Source of the DNA: Eledone cirrhosa
Lineage: Eukaryota
Assembly: GCA_964016885.1 (NCBI GenBank)
Contig: OZ024740.1
Span: 175,026,001 to 175,090,000 of the forward strand
Reading direction: 5' to 3'
Length of the DNA: 64,000 nt
Part shown: positions 39,744-52,414 of the stretch, piece after piece
How the letters are laid out: each line of letters opens with the position of its first letter
How positions within the stretch are numbered: the first letter of the stretch is position 1
Program-made: the position numbers and the translations under genes
Notes under the pieces: generated by a model
Seen by the model: only the letters and a program-made list of their open reading frames with translations
Databases searched by the model: none
What the model was told of the DNA's origin: nothing

Positions 39744-40315
39744 AAAAAGTATGACCCGACGGCAGAGCTCAAGTCGTTTCGACGGCTATTTCTGGACTAA
39801 ATTAGAATTTTTAGCCTGGTAAATAAATATCCGAACTTGTCAAGGGGTACTTCCTTATATGGGAAGATTGTAGTTGTCAAGAGGATTGGTCAAAATTTGT
39901 TGTAAACACAAATAAGTCTATCATGGCATTTGGTGGGAGGTGTGGGTGGCTGAACTTGCCTGTAGAACATTGAAAGGGTCATAGTGCAATTAGCCTGTAG
40001 AACAATGTTCTACAGGCAAGTTCAGCCACCCCCACCTCCCACCAAATGCCATGACAGTCTTATTTGTGTTTACAACAAATTTTGACCAATCCTCTTGACA
40101 ACTACAATCTTCCCATATAAGGAAATACCCCTTGACAAGTTTGGCTATTTATTTACCAGGCTAAAAATTCTAATTTAGTCCAGAAATAGCCGTCGAAACG
40201 GCTTGAGCTCTGCCGTCGGGGTCATACTTTTTCCAATTCCCACTCTACTATCCTAAGTATTGAGTACTCTGGTGCGTTATCGTCCATCTGGTTCCTTACC
40301 ACATTTCCTTCGTTA
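39742..40315. mobile_element. Fold-back HHR element (~230-bp arms + unpaired 3' tail) in (TA)n
   Basis: Arms 39742-39972 and 40003-40234; tail 40235-40315 shared with 62375-62453. Confidence 0.93.
40127..40222 (+). ncRNA. Type I hammerhead ribozyme, U3:A8 core variant
   Basis: acccc-TTGACAA-g..ggctattt..aaatagcc.tc-GAAA-cggc..gccg-TC-ggggt; all three stems pair. Confidence 0.8.
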
Positions 40316-40343
40316 TATACATATATATATATATATATATATA

Positions 40344-41527
40344 CTAGCAGCAGAACCCTGCGTTGCACGGGGTAGGAAACGTGAAATAGCACCACGTATA
40401 GACAAAGATTGAGGAATATAGCTGTGTACATTTTGAATTCCCTTATTCTCAGGGAATGATTGTTCATCTACTGGAAACGTAGAACACCAGCAGCCCGAAT
40501 CCAGTAGTAGCAATGTCAGTGGGCTGATTGTGGAAATCCTGTATGTGAAAGGAGTAAGTAAGTGTTGTGGGGCGATGTATGTCGTAAGTCTGTTCACGAA
40601 TTACGTCATGGATGGGGAACACATGTCAGTCTGAAGGAGCGACGTGTGAAAACCAAGTAGGGATGTACGTTTAAGTAGGGATATTGAGATGACGAAATCA
40701 GCGTGGCAACGCAGCTGCAGCAGAAGGTAGGTAGGTCATAGTGCAATTAACATAAATGCTGGGCGGCACTGGTTGCACTGCATTTACACAGCAACAAAGG
40801 TGCGACAAAAGGGGTCACCTCAGAATTAGCACAACCGCTGTTCAGCGTACTTGCGCAGGTCGTTCATACTGCAGTGTAGGTGCAACAAAAGGAGTATTAG
40901 TAGAAGTAGCACAAACGTGAGTTTTACGGTGTCAATAACTCGGCAACGTACACAGGGCCCGGATTTGCGCGTGATGAAAGCACGAAGCGTCAACAGGGCA
41001 ATAACAAAAATTTTAAGGTCCTCCTCATTTCCTCAATCCCCCGAAAATGGTTCTGCTTAAAAGTAAGTAAGTGTTGTGTCCTCTGTTAAATAAACCAAAT
41101 TTTTAACAAAATATTATACGCTATTTATGATGTTTAACTAGCGTTTATATTGAAAATGAAAATGTCATGTAATGCCCAATGCTAATTCGTAAATTTCCTA
41201 GAAACCATTAATGGAATCGGAAATGTTTTTTGTCCACAGCAATGCAAGGGGACTAACTAATGTGTGCTGCATATTTCAAGGAAATCGGCTGGATTATCTT
41301 TAAGTTACGCCTCAAAAATGCCTTTAAAATGCGGGGGGTTTTTCGCCTAAAAAAGTTTTTTTAATTTTTTTAGAACTGTTTCATTTGTATGTTGATTTTT
41401 AAATAAATAAATAATGATACTGGCTTAATTAAAGCATGTGTGAGTGGGAAAATGATCGAAGATTTTTGGTTTTATCCAGTGACTTCATTTCAGTATTATC
41501 ATTATTAGTATAAAGAAAGTATTATGA
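40344..41527 (-). mobile_element. Non-autonomous Helitron
   Basis: Minus-strand 3' end has hairpin cccgtgcaacgcaggg then CTAG|T; TC start near 41516-41527. Confidence 0.75.
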
Positions 41528-41540
41528 TTATTATTATTAT

Positions 41541-41826
41541 TGGGGTCGATAAAATAAAGTACCAGTAATACACTGGGATAACTGCTGGCCTTGTGTCAAA
41601 AGTAGAAACAATTATTATTATTATATACAGAGGTGGATGGATTGGCAGTATCGGTAGAGGGTCGGACGCCATGCTTTGATGCATAGAGTTACGGCCCTTA
41701 TCATTCTGAGTTCAAATCCTGCTGAGGTTAACTTTGCCTTTCATCCTTACGGGGTCAATAAAATAAAGTACCAGTTATGTACTGGGTATTTGCTGGCCTT
41801 GTGCCAAAAGTAGAAACAATTATTAT
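41541..41826 (+). mobile_element. SINE2 partial + full copy
   Basis: Two forward copies. Confidence 0.88.
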
Positions 41827-41829
41827 ATA

Positions 41830-42170
41830 CAAAGGTAAAGACTAAAGAACCCCTTCAAGTCACAAATGACCATGCAATTTGCACCTAAAAAGTTCCCTGA
41901 GGCACAAGTCCAGACAAAGTTGTTTGTGGAAGATCAGTAGTCACCCAAGCATACCAGTCTCCCCTCTCCATGCCACCAACGTTGCCCATGGGAAAGGTCA
42001 ATACAGCTTGGCACCAGTGACATCACAACTCATTTCTACAGCTGAGTGAACTGGAGCAACGTGAAATAAAGTGTCTTGCTCAAGAACACAACACAAAGCC
42101 TAGTCCGAGGATCAAACTCACAACCTCACGATAGTAAGCCCGACACACTAATCACTAAGCCATGCACTTT
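41830..42170 (-). mobile_element. SINE1-related element with alternative tail
   Basis: cactaagccatgc head and ctggagcaacgtgaaataaagtgtcttgctcaag core. Confidence 0.8.
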
Positions 42171-42525
42171 CTCTATATATATACATATATATATCATCAT
42201 CACCATTTTATGTCCGTTCTTCCACGCTAGCATGGGTTAGACGGCACATGAAAAATGAACGCTTACAGCACCTAGGGTTAGTGACTGATGAATGTTGGTT
42301 TTGCATATGGTCTACAATACTTCTGTTATTTATTTTATAAAAAAACTGTGAGCAGTATTTTAGTGTAGTGATGTACAACACAGTAATGATACACCCCCAC
42401 CCAGTAGTCCAAATCAATGTTTTGGTGGTTCACCGCAAGGAAGTCATTAATTTTAACCTAAGACACTCTAAAATATAAATCAATCAAAAGAAAATCAACA
42501 TATATTTTATACAATGCACAATTAA

Positions 42526-42574
42526 TGTCTTAATTTAACGTATTTATGTCTTAATTTAACGTATTTATGTCTTA
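42526..42574. repeat. 21-bp tandem duplication
   Basis: atgtcttaatttaacgtattt x2 plus partial. Confidence 0.9.
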
Positions 42575-43795
42575 CAATGTTGCATAATTTTAAAAGTAAA
42601 TTTATATTTGGTGGTTCACAACATTTTTTCTTATAAACTTTGTTGGTCTCTAGTGTGGGGTGGTACACTTGAACTTGTGGAGGTTCAACATCTATTCAGA
42701 GCTGAAGATTCTTTACCCTTAAAGAGAAGGTCTAGATATCTCAGTCACTGTCAGGTCAATTATTTGTTAAGTTTGTGGAGAGTTTATTTATGAATGAAAA
42801 TTAAAAATCCCCAGAATATCAACCCCATTTTTAGGGTGTATATTCAGAAATCATCTTAATATTTACACTATGTTTTAATTGGTTTCAGATTAATGTCCTC
42901 TATTTCCAAACAAAATGTAACAATATGTTTATCCAAAAGCCAACAGAAAATGTAATTATTGCTGTATCAGCTAAATATACAAAAAGTCTTTAGTCATAGG
43001 TCTGTTATTCTGGCTCCTCCTGTTGTAAGATCACATCCTGCTATGTTTTTCATCATTCTGAGGTCACTAAATAAAAGGTATTAGTTAAGAGATGCACTGG
43101 CAGAGATATTAGAGCATCAGGTATGGTACCTTGCAGTATTTGTTTGAGGTCTTTGCATGCTGATTTCAAATCATGCAGTATGGTAAACTTAATCAGTTGT
43201 CTGATTTAACATCACTATCAGGCTCCTGGGTGTTTTTAGGGGAGCACATTCTTTTGCAAGCATTTAGGTCAATACTCCAGTTTGATGATATGCTACTCCT
43301 CCTCCTCCTGCCAGCAATACAGTGGCCCTAAAAAAGCACCATGGATACATAGGATAATGTGGTTCTAGATATACGTTATAAAAAACTGGAGGGTCATGAC
43401 TGAAATATCTTGAGCATGTTTATTTGATTAGGAGCTGACCTAGAACTCAACAACAATACTATCACTACAAGGAAGTATTTATTAGAAATAGCAATAAAAT
43501 CTATTTCAAATTACTCACTCCCCCCCCCCCCACCACCACCACCATCACTTTTGAGAACATATTAAGACGATGTTGCCCTCGACACCCCAAAGGAAGACAA
43601 ACCGGTTATGGATGGAAAGCTTTTGATCAAATGTCTGTTTGAGCATGGTTGACCCTAATACCCTTTCTGCTATCAATACTCTCTCTTACCAATATCAACA
43701 TCTTCGTCACCACAAGAAAAGCTATGAAGTTAGTAAACCTAGTAAAAAATGTCAACAAACTTCACTCAACCATTTGAGATAAGTACATTAAATAT

Positions 43796-44091
43796 ACAGT
43801 TGTCCCCCAGTATTTGCGGAGGTTACATCCCTAGAGTACTCGCTAAGAGTGAAAAAATGCGAACGTTGGACGTGGTCCATAAAAATGCCTATAAACGTCA
43901 AAATATACTGTAAAATATAGGCTGGCAAATACGGTATATTTTTATTAATAATTTGGAGTTAAAAAGCCTGAAAAATATATATTGCCATGAAAAAAGGATT
44001 CTGCAAATATGCAATGGTTGCCACAAATAATTATTAATTAGGTTCTAAGGAAAATTCCGCGAATAACCAGGACCATGAATGCCAAGTGTAC
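43796..44091. mobile_element. Tigger/pogo-like MITE remnant
   Basis: TA-cagttgtcccccagtatttgcggagg left end; ccgcgaataacc near the right end. Confidence 0.55.
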
Positions 44092-44964
44092 ATTGTACCA
44101 GATGTACATAAGGTTTTTGAAAAGATACATTTCATCCTTGCTTGCCATAAGAAGTGGCTAAAAGGATTGGTGTCAGGAAGAGCACTTAGTTGTAAAACAT
44201 TGGAAAGAATACTGAAAAATCAGTAGTTTGCAAAGAAGACCCTTCATGTATTTTTGTTATGCATCAGGTTAGACATTTCTTCTTCATTTTTGCTATCAGA
44301 AATGCAGTAAATCAGGGATTTTCCACCTAGAAACCTGTAACAAAAAGTCCTATTCAAACTATCCATGCCAGCATTGAGAAGCAGACATAAAAATGATAAC
44401 CAACCAAGCTTCAACTAGAAAATAAGAGTTTTGCTGGTTTCTTTCTTTAAAAAAAAAAAAAAAGGAAAAATGAAAAATATGTATTAAATTATTAGGTATT
44501 AGTGGTGTTTATTTTGGTGGTTGAGTTGGTGGTAGTAGCGGTAGTAGTAGTAGTGTGATGGTGGTGCTGGTGATGGCGGAAGCAGCAGTTTTTGTTTTTT
44601 AACCACTTGCAGACCCTAAGAGCAAATGCATTGAAACTGTGACCTTCCTGTCTTTTCCCTAAGTGCTGTGCACCAAGTGATACACATTAAAAAGAAAAAA
44701 AAAAACCATTGTATAAAGATGAGATTAGGCTGCTATTTCTAGCAGGTCGAATAACTGTATAGAGTCTTCCTCGGTTTGAAAATTAATGTTTAAAAAAGGT
44801 GAGGGAGTGGAGTAAAAATTTATTAGATATTTTTTCAATGAATAAAGCAAAAAAAAAAAATTATCTAAAATGAATAAAAAATAAAACTTAATAAATACTT
44901 AGAAGCAGATGAAAAAAAGAAAATTAAAAACATTTTATAAAAAAAAAAAAAAGAATCTCTAATA

Positions 44965-45353
44965 AATAATTGTTTCTACTTTTGGCACAAGGCCAGCTAT
45001 TACCCCAGTGTATTACTGGTACTTTATTTTATCAACCCCGTAAGGATGAAAGGCAAAGTTAACCTCGGCGGGATTTGAACTCAGAATGGCAAGCGCCGTA
45101 ACTCTATTTGTCAAAGCATGGCGCCCGACCCTCTACCGATACTGCCAATCCACCTTCTAATAAATAATTGTTTCTACTTTTGGCACAAGGCCAACAATTA
45201 CCCAGTGCATTACTGGTACTTTATTTTATCGACCCCATAAGGATGAAAGGCAAAGTCAACCTCGGCGGGATTTGAACTCAGATCATAAAGGACCGTAACT
45301 CTATGCTGCAAAGCATGGCGTCCGACCCTCTACCGATACTGCCAATCCACCTT
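44965..45353 (-). mobile_element. Tandem pair of SINE2 copies
   Basis: Two head-to-tail copies separated and flanked by ataaataat. Confidence 0.92.
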
Positions 45354-45683
45354 CTCATAAATAATGATATATATATATATATATATACGCAGTTAAAGTC
45401 ATAGTCACCTTTTGCTTTGAAAAATGATATATATATAATATATGCATGTGTGTGTGTGTTTGTCCATGTCTGTGTTTATATCTATTTATGTCCTGTACTA
45501 TAGTGGTTCAATAACTAGAGATCAATTCATTAAGTACCAGACACAAAAAAACATGGTCGATCATTTCCTCTAAATCCCTTGAAGGCAATGATTCCAACAT
45601 GGCTACCGATGGGTTGAAACACACATGAATAAAAGACTATGTATGTATGTTAAAAAATGAAATATATAAATAAAACATGAAGA

Positions 45684-46392
45684 TCATCATCATCACCATT
45701 TTACGTCCATTCTTCCATGCTAGCATGGGTTAGACGGGTTGTCCTGTTGTGGGCAGAGTCTGGTCGGCTGACCTTGTCTTGCTCATGCAGGAACTGATTT
45801 TGGTTTGATTTCTACTGCTGGATGCCCTTCCTAACACCAACCTCATTTACAGTGAGTGCTGGGTGCTTTTTTTCCGTGGCGCCTACACGTCCACTTTACA
45901 GTGTGGGCTGGGTGCTTTTTTGCCGTGGCACCTACACGACCACTTTGCAGTGGGAGGGTGTGGGGCATATTGTCTATATGCTTCAGTTTCGGCTTGTACT
46001 CGTGGGAGGTTGGGTACTCTGTATTACTGCGTGACACCAGAGGTCACGGTCATGTTTCATCACCTTTGAGAGGTTTAATTGGGTAAGGTCTGCTTTTATC
46101 ACCTCATCCCAGGTCTTCTTGGGTCTCCCCACTCCGCGGTTTCCCTTGACTTCTAGTGCTCTGCACCTTTTTATGCAGCTGTCATCCTTCATACGCATCA
46201 CATGTCCATACCAACACAACTGCCTCTCCTGCACACTGCATTTGATTCCTCTTATGCTCAGTCTCTCTCTCAATTCATTTATGCTTTGCCGTTCGCGTAT
46301 ATTACTATTACACATCCATCGGAGCATGCAAGCTTCGTTTCTTTCTAATCTACGTAAGTCTTCTAACTTCAGCGCCCAGGTCTCACTACCAT
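45684..46392 (-). mobile_element. 5'-truncated RTE LINE, subfamily B
   Basis: ORF 45983-46327 and 3'UTR. Confidence 0.93.
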
Positions 46393-46641
46393 ATTAACAA
46401 AAAAATACACACATGTAAATAAATATGAGAATGGTTTTCACAAAATTGGGATTCATCAGTTTTTAAATAGTTTTCGTAAAAGACAAGACTGAATTTTGAC
46501 ATTATTTTAGGATTTTCCCCCACTACATCCCAATTTCTCACTTGTTTTCTTTTTCTTCCCTGCAGAAATAATTTCTTTCCTGAAATATTTTACTTTAGAA
46601 ATAATTATCATTAACTTAAGACATTATTATTATTAGCTTTT

Positions 46642-47165
46642 GGGTGGTTGATTGGCAGTATCAGTAGAAGGTCGGACACCATGCTTTGCAGCAGAGTTAC
46701 GTCCCTTTACGGACTGAGTTCAAATCCCGCCGAGGTTAACTTTGCCTTTCGTCCTTATGGGGTCGATAAAATAAAGTACCACTAATGTACTGGGTAATTG
46801 CTGGCCTTGTGCCAAAAAGTAGAAACAATTATTATTATTAGCTTTGGCATTCATCGTTACGAGGTCAGTAAAATAAAGTACCAGTAAGTACTGGGGTTGG
46901 TTTAATCTATTTTCCCTTGCCCTTCAAATTGCTAGCCTAGTGCCTAAAGTAGAAACAATTATTACTATTATCATTATTAAGTTATTAAGGGCAGTGGATA
47001 GGTAGTATCCGTAGAGAGTCAAACATGCTTTATAAGTTCAAATCCCGTCAAGGTTAGCTTTGCCTTTCAACCTTAATGCACCGGGATTGATTTCATGGAC
47101 CTTCCCCTCCCCAAAAATTGCTGACCTTGTGTCTAAATCAGAAACCATTATTATTATTATTATTA
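46642..47165 (+). mobile_element. Cluster of three SINE2-related copies
   Basis: Repeated ..ccttgtg..aaagtagaaacaattatt tails. Confidence 0.8.
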
Positions 47166-47219
47166 TTAGTCTTACTTTTATTATATGCTGGCATGCATTA
47201 CCAAGTGCAATTCTGTGTT

Positions 47220-48005
47220 TTTGGTGGTGCTGTTTCTTTGTAATGTCTATAGTGCATAGTAGTCTTCTCTTTTGTATGGGGTTTTAGTAAGTATCATCTA
47301 TGTGTTTTTTATCATTCACAGAACATCTATTTATTATAGAAAATATTTCTGTTTTCATTATCCACATTCGGGTTATTTCTTTCTGCAGGCCTTTATATTT
47401 AGATAATTTCTCCATTTTCTATCCATTTTCTATCCATTTTCTATTTCTATCCACTCAGTCTCTTCTTTATGACTAACTTTCTTGCTCCATATACAACTCC
47501 AAAAATCTTTGCATCTGGTACTTCAATGTTGCATCGTTTAACTCATTCTAGTTTCTCAAACTATCTCTTCTCATTATTCGGAAACAGTGTTCTACTAAAA
47601 CTGTTCTATTCTACTATCATTTTATCCTAACTTTCTTAACTGTCATTCTTTGCTTCAATTCTCAAATAACATTCACTCCTCTCGTTTTCACATATTTTCT
47701 CTCTAGAGTTCTGGTGACTGTTCCTTAATACAGTCTCTTTTAGAGACTGTAGTTGGCTTACTTTATATCTCAAACTCTTCTAATTTTTTTTATTTGTATT
47801 TTCCAACAATGTATTTGTCTCTCCATTCTCAGTTTACTTACTTTGTATAGGTTATTTACCTCCAGTAGAGATGTTAGTGGTACATATCTTAAAACATAGT
47901 CCAACTCTTTTGTTTTAACTTCTTCCTATCAAATGTTCTTAGGTTGGTATTCTTCTTGTCATTATTTTGGTCTAGTATCTTGTCCAATATTATCCCTCCA
48001 GTCAT
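47220..48005 (-). mobile_element. Internally deleted R4/Dong LINE remnant
   Basis: Minus translation ELKQRM..RIEQF..FRNNEKR..FWSCIWSK joined to KLSKYKGLQKEITRMW.MKTEI (R4 RLE C-terminus). Confidence 0.7.
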
Positions 48006-48738
48006 CCTGTCTCTGATGGAGAGGTAGTGAGGTTGGCAGAATCATTAGAACATCAGACAAAATGTCCTTTCATGGGTGATAAAATGAAGTACCATTAAAT
48101 TATTAGAGGTCAATGTAATTAATTACCCCACTACTCCAAATTTCTAGCTTTGTGTCTATGTTGGAAATATAAAAGAAGTAGGTATAGTGGTTAGTGTGAA
48201 GTCTGGAGTTGGAGTCACAATATGGATGACAAGAATATTGTTGTTATTATTTTATTAGTGATAGTGGAGTAGCAGTGGCTTGGCAGAATTAGCAGAGCAT
48301 AGGACAAAATGTTTTGCACTATTGTTCAAATTCTTTATGTTCTAAGTTCAAATGCTGCTGAGGTCAACTTTGACTTTCATCATTCCAGGGTTGATAAAAT
48401 AAAATACTAATGAAAGTACTGGGGTTTGATATAATCAACTTTCTTATGCCTTAAAAGCTATTACTATGATAGAAGATGGTAGATATATTAGAGCATTGGA
48501 CAAAATGTCTTGTATTAATTGTTTTTAGATGAGTTCAAACCGTGCCATGGTTGACACAGCAATTTATTTTTTTTTGCAAATGAAAGTAGTAGGCTAGAGA
48601 AACTAAAAATAATCCAATTTCACTCTTTTCGTATTCACTATTGTTCATTGCTTTGTGTAATAAATAAACTGATGCTGTTATTTAACACTTTATCATTATA
48701 GAGATCCTTAGGTTTCAATTATCCTTTTTAAAAATGTA

Positions 48739-48993
48739 TTAACACTTTTGATATTAAATCACCCAAAACCACTTCTGATTCTACAATATAAAATCATTTA
48801 AAACTGTTTATATTCATCTAAAAACCTTCTATCATAATTTCATGTAAGAATCTTTGTTACGTTATATTTCAAACACCAGATTAATAACAAGAAAATTGTA
48901 TTACTAGATAACTTCAAATTTTGGAATATTTTCAAGATTATCTGAAATCATAGGCAGTGTATTTCATTAGAAATATGGCAGCAAAAGGGTTAA
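48739..48993. mobile_element. TTAA-flanked MITE B
   Basis: TTAA-cacttttgata ... gcaaaaggg-TTAA. Confidence 0.65.
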
Positions 48994-49244
48994 ATGGGGT
49001 CATTTAGGCTTTCTGTTGAAACATCTATGAGGAGTGTACACAACTTGCAAAATCAATTAGACATCTTTAAAACTTGTTTCATATATTATACTTCCCTACA
49101 ATCAAAATGAAGGGTGGATATAGGTCAATAAATATTCTAAGCATGGCTCAACAATGGTATCCTCTACTTTGAACATTTCATTATCGAACTGACAAGACCA
49201 TAAATATAATCTTCCAGGTTATCATACTAGGTGAAACCTTGCAC

Positions 49245-49490
49245 ATAAATACATGTAAAAGTCAGTATGTAATATATCTACTACAAAATCAAAATATATT
49301 ATACATGGTAAATATATGTAAAAATCAGCATGTGACTTATCTGGACCTACATAAACCTTACTTCAAAATATATGATAGATGGTAAATTTTGTATGTAAAG
49401 ACCAGCATGCAGTTTATCTGGTAGACCTACAAAACCTCACATATTGTACACTGTAAATGTCTGCAAAATGAAGGTGGCTATTATCTACCA
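49245..49490. repeat. Degenerate ~65-75-bp minisatellite, about 4 units
   Basis: Recurring taaat..atgtaaa..cagcatg..ttatct..ctacaaaa. Confidence 0.6.
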
Positions 49491-50124
49491 GTGCAACTTA
49501 TACATGAGTATAGTAAATAAATAGTTTTCTTTTATTTTGGAGATGTGTTTGTTTGGCAAGTAACTTGATCTGACACTATATCTTTAAAAAAAGCAAGTAT
49601 ATTGTGGAAGAGCCATTTTAGCCAACTACAAAGATACAAAAGACAGTTATATTGACAGGCTATTTTGTGAGGTGTCAAATGTCAAAATTTGTTGAACTAC
49701 TTCCACCTGATCATTGACACAATTCCACCACAGCTGTTTGAAAATTATAGACCCATATATCCATAAGTTCATCAAGTGTAAAAAAAAAAAAAGAGAAATT
49801 TTTATTGATGAAAAAAATCAACTAAGATCTATAAAACCCCTCAAAAATAAGTTTCAAGTAATTGCAGCAGAATTGTGTTAGTGACCAGACTGCAGTGATG
49901 CAACACAAAGATTTTGATGAATCTTGATTAAATGAAAATTGAATATAACACTTTCGTTACCATATATGTGATATACCACCTTTGTGTTTCAATTAATTTG
50001 GAAAATAATCCAAAATTTAGAGTATTCTAATAAAATAATTTTTTCATTAGTAAACTGGTGTTTGGAATATTACTTAACAAAAATTTCTTAACCCTTTAGC
50101 ATTTACATTATTTTTTATTTACTA

Positions 50125-51125
50125 CTAGCATTAAAGCCCGGCGTTGCTCGGGGTCATTAAGTTACCAAAGTTAGGTTGCACCACCCATTTTATGGCAGCA
50201 CTTTTTTGTCTGCCAGGCACTGGGTGAATGAATTGCAGACCTGGAAGCAGGAGCTGCGCCAGCAGTGACAATTGTAGTTTCGCCTATGGATATTATCTCT
50301 GTGCAAAAAAGTGTTGAAATTTATTGTTTCACAGTACTTGCGCAACACGCGCGTAGACGATGCCAGCCGAACAACAGAGCTGCGATGGAGTTGTTCTGCA
50401 TGGTTGTCTGAGTGTTTTCTAAATTTAAGACAGTAGGGAGGGTTGTGATATGAGGGAGAGTTAGTTGTTGTTTCTAGCAGGTTTAGTGACCTCATAAAGG
50501 ATATGTGTTTTCTAAATTTAAGACAGTAGGGAGTGGTGTGATATAGGGGAGAGTTAGCTGCTGTTTCTAGCAGGTTTAGTGACCTCATAGAAGATATGTT
50601 TTCTAAATTTAAGACAGTAGGGAGGGGTGTGATATGGGGGAGAGTTAGCTGCTGTTTCTAGCAGGTTTAGTAACCTCATAGAGGATATGTGTTTTCTAAA
50701 TTTAAGACAGTAGGGAGTGGTGTGGGAGGGGTGCGATATGGGAGAGAGTTAGCTGCAGTTTCTAGCAGGTTTAGTAACCTCATAGAGGATATGTGTTTTC
50801 TAAATTTAAGACAGTAGGGAGTGGTGTGAATGGACAGTATCACCATCAAGCTTGGAAAGAGAAAGTAGCAGAAAGTATGAAGGTGTATAGATTTTGAATG
50901 GTAGTAGAAAGAGTTCAGCAGTTTAAATGAGAGAGAAAAATCGTAAAATATTGAGTTTTATCTATTTTTTGCGTAATTGTGGGTGAAATTGAAAAAATTA
51001 TCTGCGTCAAGACGCAATCGAAACTATTTTGAATACTGAATTGTAAATTTCAATTGAAGAAATTCTATATCGTAGATTTCTATAACGAAGGAGCATGACC
51101 ACACACTGAGCTTTATAGATTATGA
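50125..51125 (-). mobile_element. Non-autonomous Helitron with internal tandem array
   Basis: Minus strand A|TC...cccgagcaacgccggg...CTAG|T; no TSD; empty site visible in other MITE A copies. Confidence 0.9.
50412..50828. repeat. ~93-bp tandem repeat, about 4.4 units
   Basis: gttttctaaatttaagacagtaggga... occurs five times. Confidence 0.95.
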
Positions 51126-51344
51126 TTATATTTTCATGATAAACATTTTATTTCACATAATTATCTCATATAATATCGAATCTATGAGATTTTGATATTA
51201 TTTATTTTGAGAACAATATCTTAACATCAGTATGAGCGGCCAGTTTCAGCCAGTTTGAACAGAAAGCGGTGAGATAATTCTGGTTGGATATGGCTGGTTT
51301 AAATGCTAAAGGGTTAAACAAAATTATGATGGTAGGTTCTAATA

Positions 51345-51538
51345 TAATTGTTTCTACTTTTGGCACAAGGCCAGCAATTATCCCAGTACATTACTGGTGT
51401 TTTATTTTATCAACTCAGTAAGGATGAAAGGCAAAGTTAACCTCAGCAGGATTTGAACTCAGACCGTAAAGGGCCGTAATTCTATGCTTGCAAAGCATGT
51501 CGTCCAACCCTCTACCAATACTGCCAGTCCACTGCTCT
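51345..51538 (-). mobile_element. SINE2 with 15-bp TSD
   Basis: tggtaggttctaata at 51330-51344 and 51539-51553. Confidence 0.92.
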
Positions 51539-52414
51539 TGGTAGGTTCTAATACATTATGGATAGACTTGTATCATATAACTAGACATTTAAAGGTTGGT
51601 ATCAAAAGGGCCAAATGACTAAAATGGCTCTTCTGCAATGTAATTGCTGAGTATTTTTCATGTTCAATTTTATTTATATAAGTGGTAAGAAATTCTCAGG
51701 AGACCTGGACAGCAGAAGGTCTCCAGAGAAGAAGAAGTATAAGCAGGGCAATGGGGAAAAAGTGAAAATTTTCAAACAAACAAAAAAAATCATATAATCT
51801 AGTATTTTCCCTACTGTAAATCTGGCACTGAAAAAAAAAAGGAGTGTGGTGCCTCTCTTCCCTTGGTACGCTAAGTACATGGTTATATGGTTTAATCATT
51901 AATCTGAGACTGATCATAACCTTCATCCAACATATCTAACCTCCAAATAATAAGGTGTTTCTGTTTTTGTCCAGTTTGTTTGCTTGATGACTGATTTACT
52001 TGAGTATCTACTCTGGGGCATTATCATCATTTTCCTTCCTTTTTTTCATGTTGACATGACTTGGAAGCAGTTGTTACAGACCACATTAATGCATAATCAA
52101 AACTGCTGTCTATCTAAATGTGCTGGCGGACCATATCTTGCTCAATAAATACCATTTTTTGCATGTTTGCTATGGCTGGATGCTCTTCTGAATGCCAACC
52201 ATTTTACAGAGTATACTAAAACATGTTGATGTTCATTACGCTCATCATCTTACGTCCATTTTCATGCTGGCATGGGTTTGACAGCTTGTCATAGTCTGCA
52301 AGACCACCTGCTGCTCATATTTTTGTCATGGTCTCTATCGATGGATGTTCTTTCTAACTTTAGCAACTTTACAGAATGTACTCTGTGCATTTTGGTCATA
52401 GCAACAGCACTAAA

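Larger units (their letters stand above)
50088..51317. mobile_element. piggyBac-type MITE A split by a Helitron
   Basis: TTAA-ccctttagcattta ... taaatgctaaaggg-TTAA (14-bp TIR). Confidence 0.9.
49946..51614. mobile_element. MITE B hosting nested MITE A, Helitron and SINE2
   Basis: Left part (cactttcgttacc...) and right part (...ggtatcaaaaggg) match 22045-22219. Confidence 0.6.
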
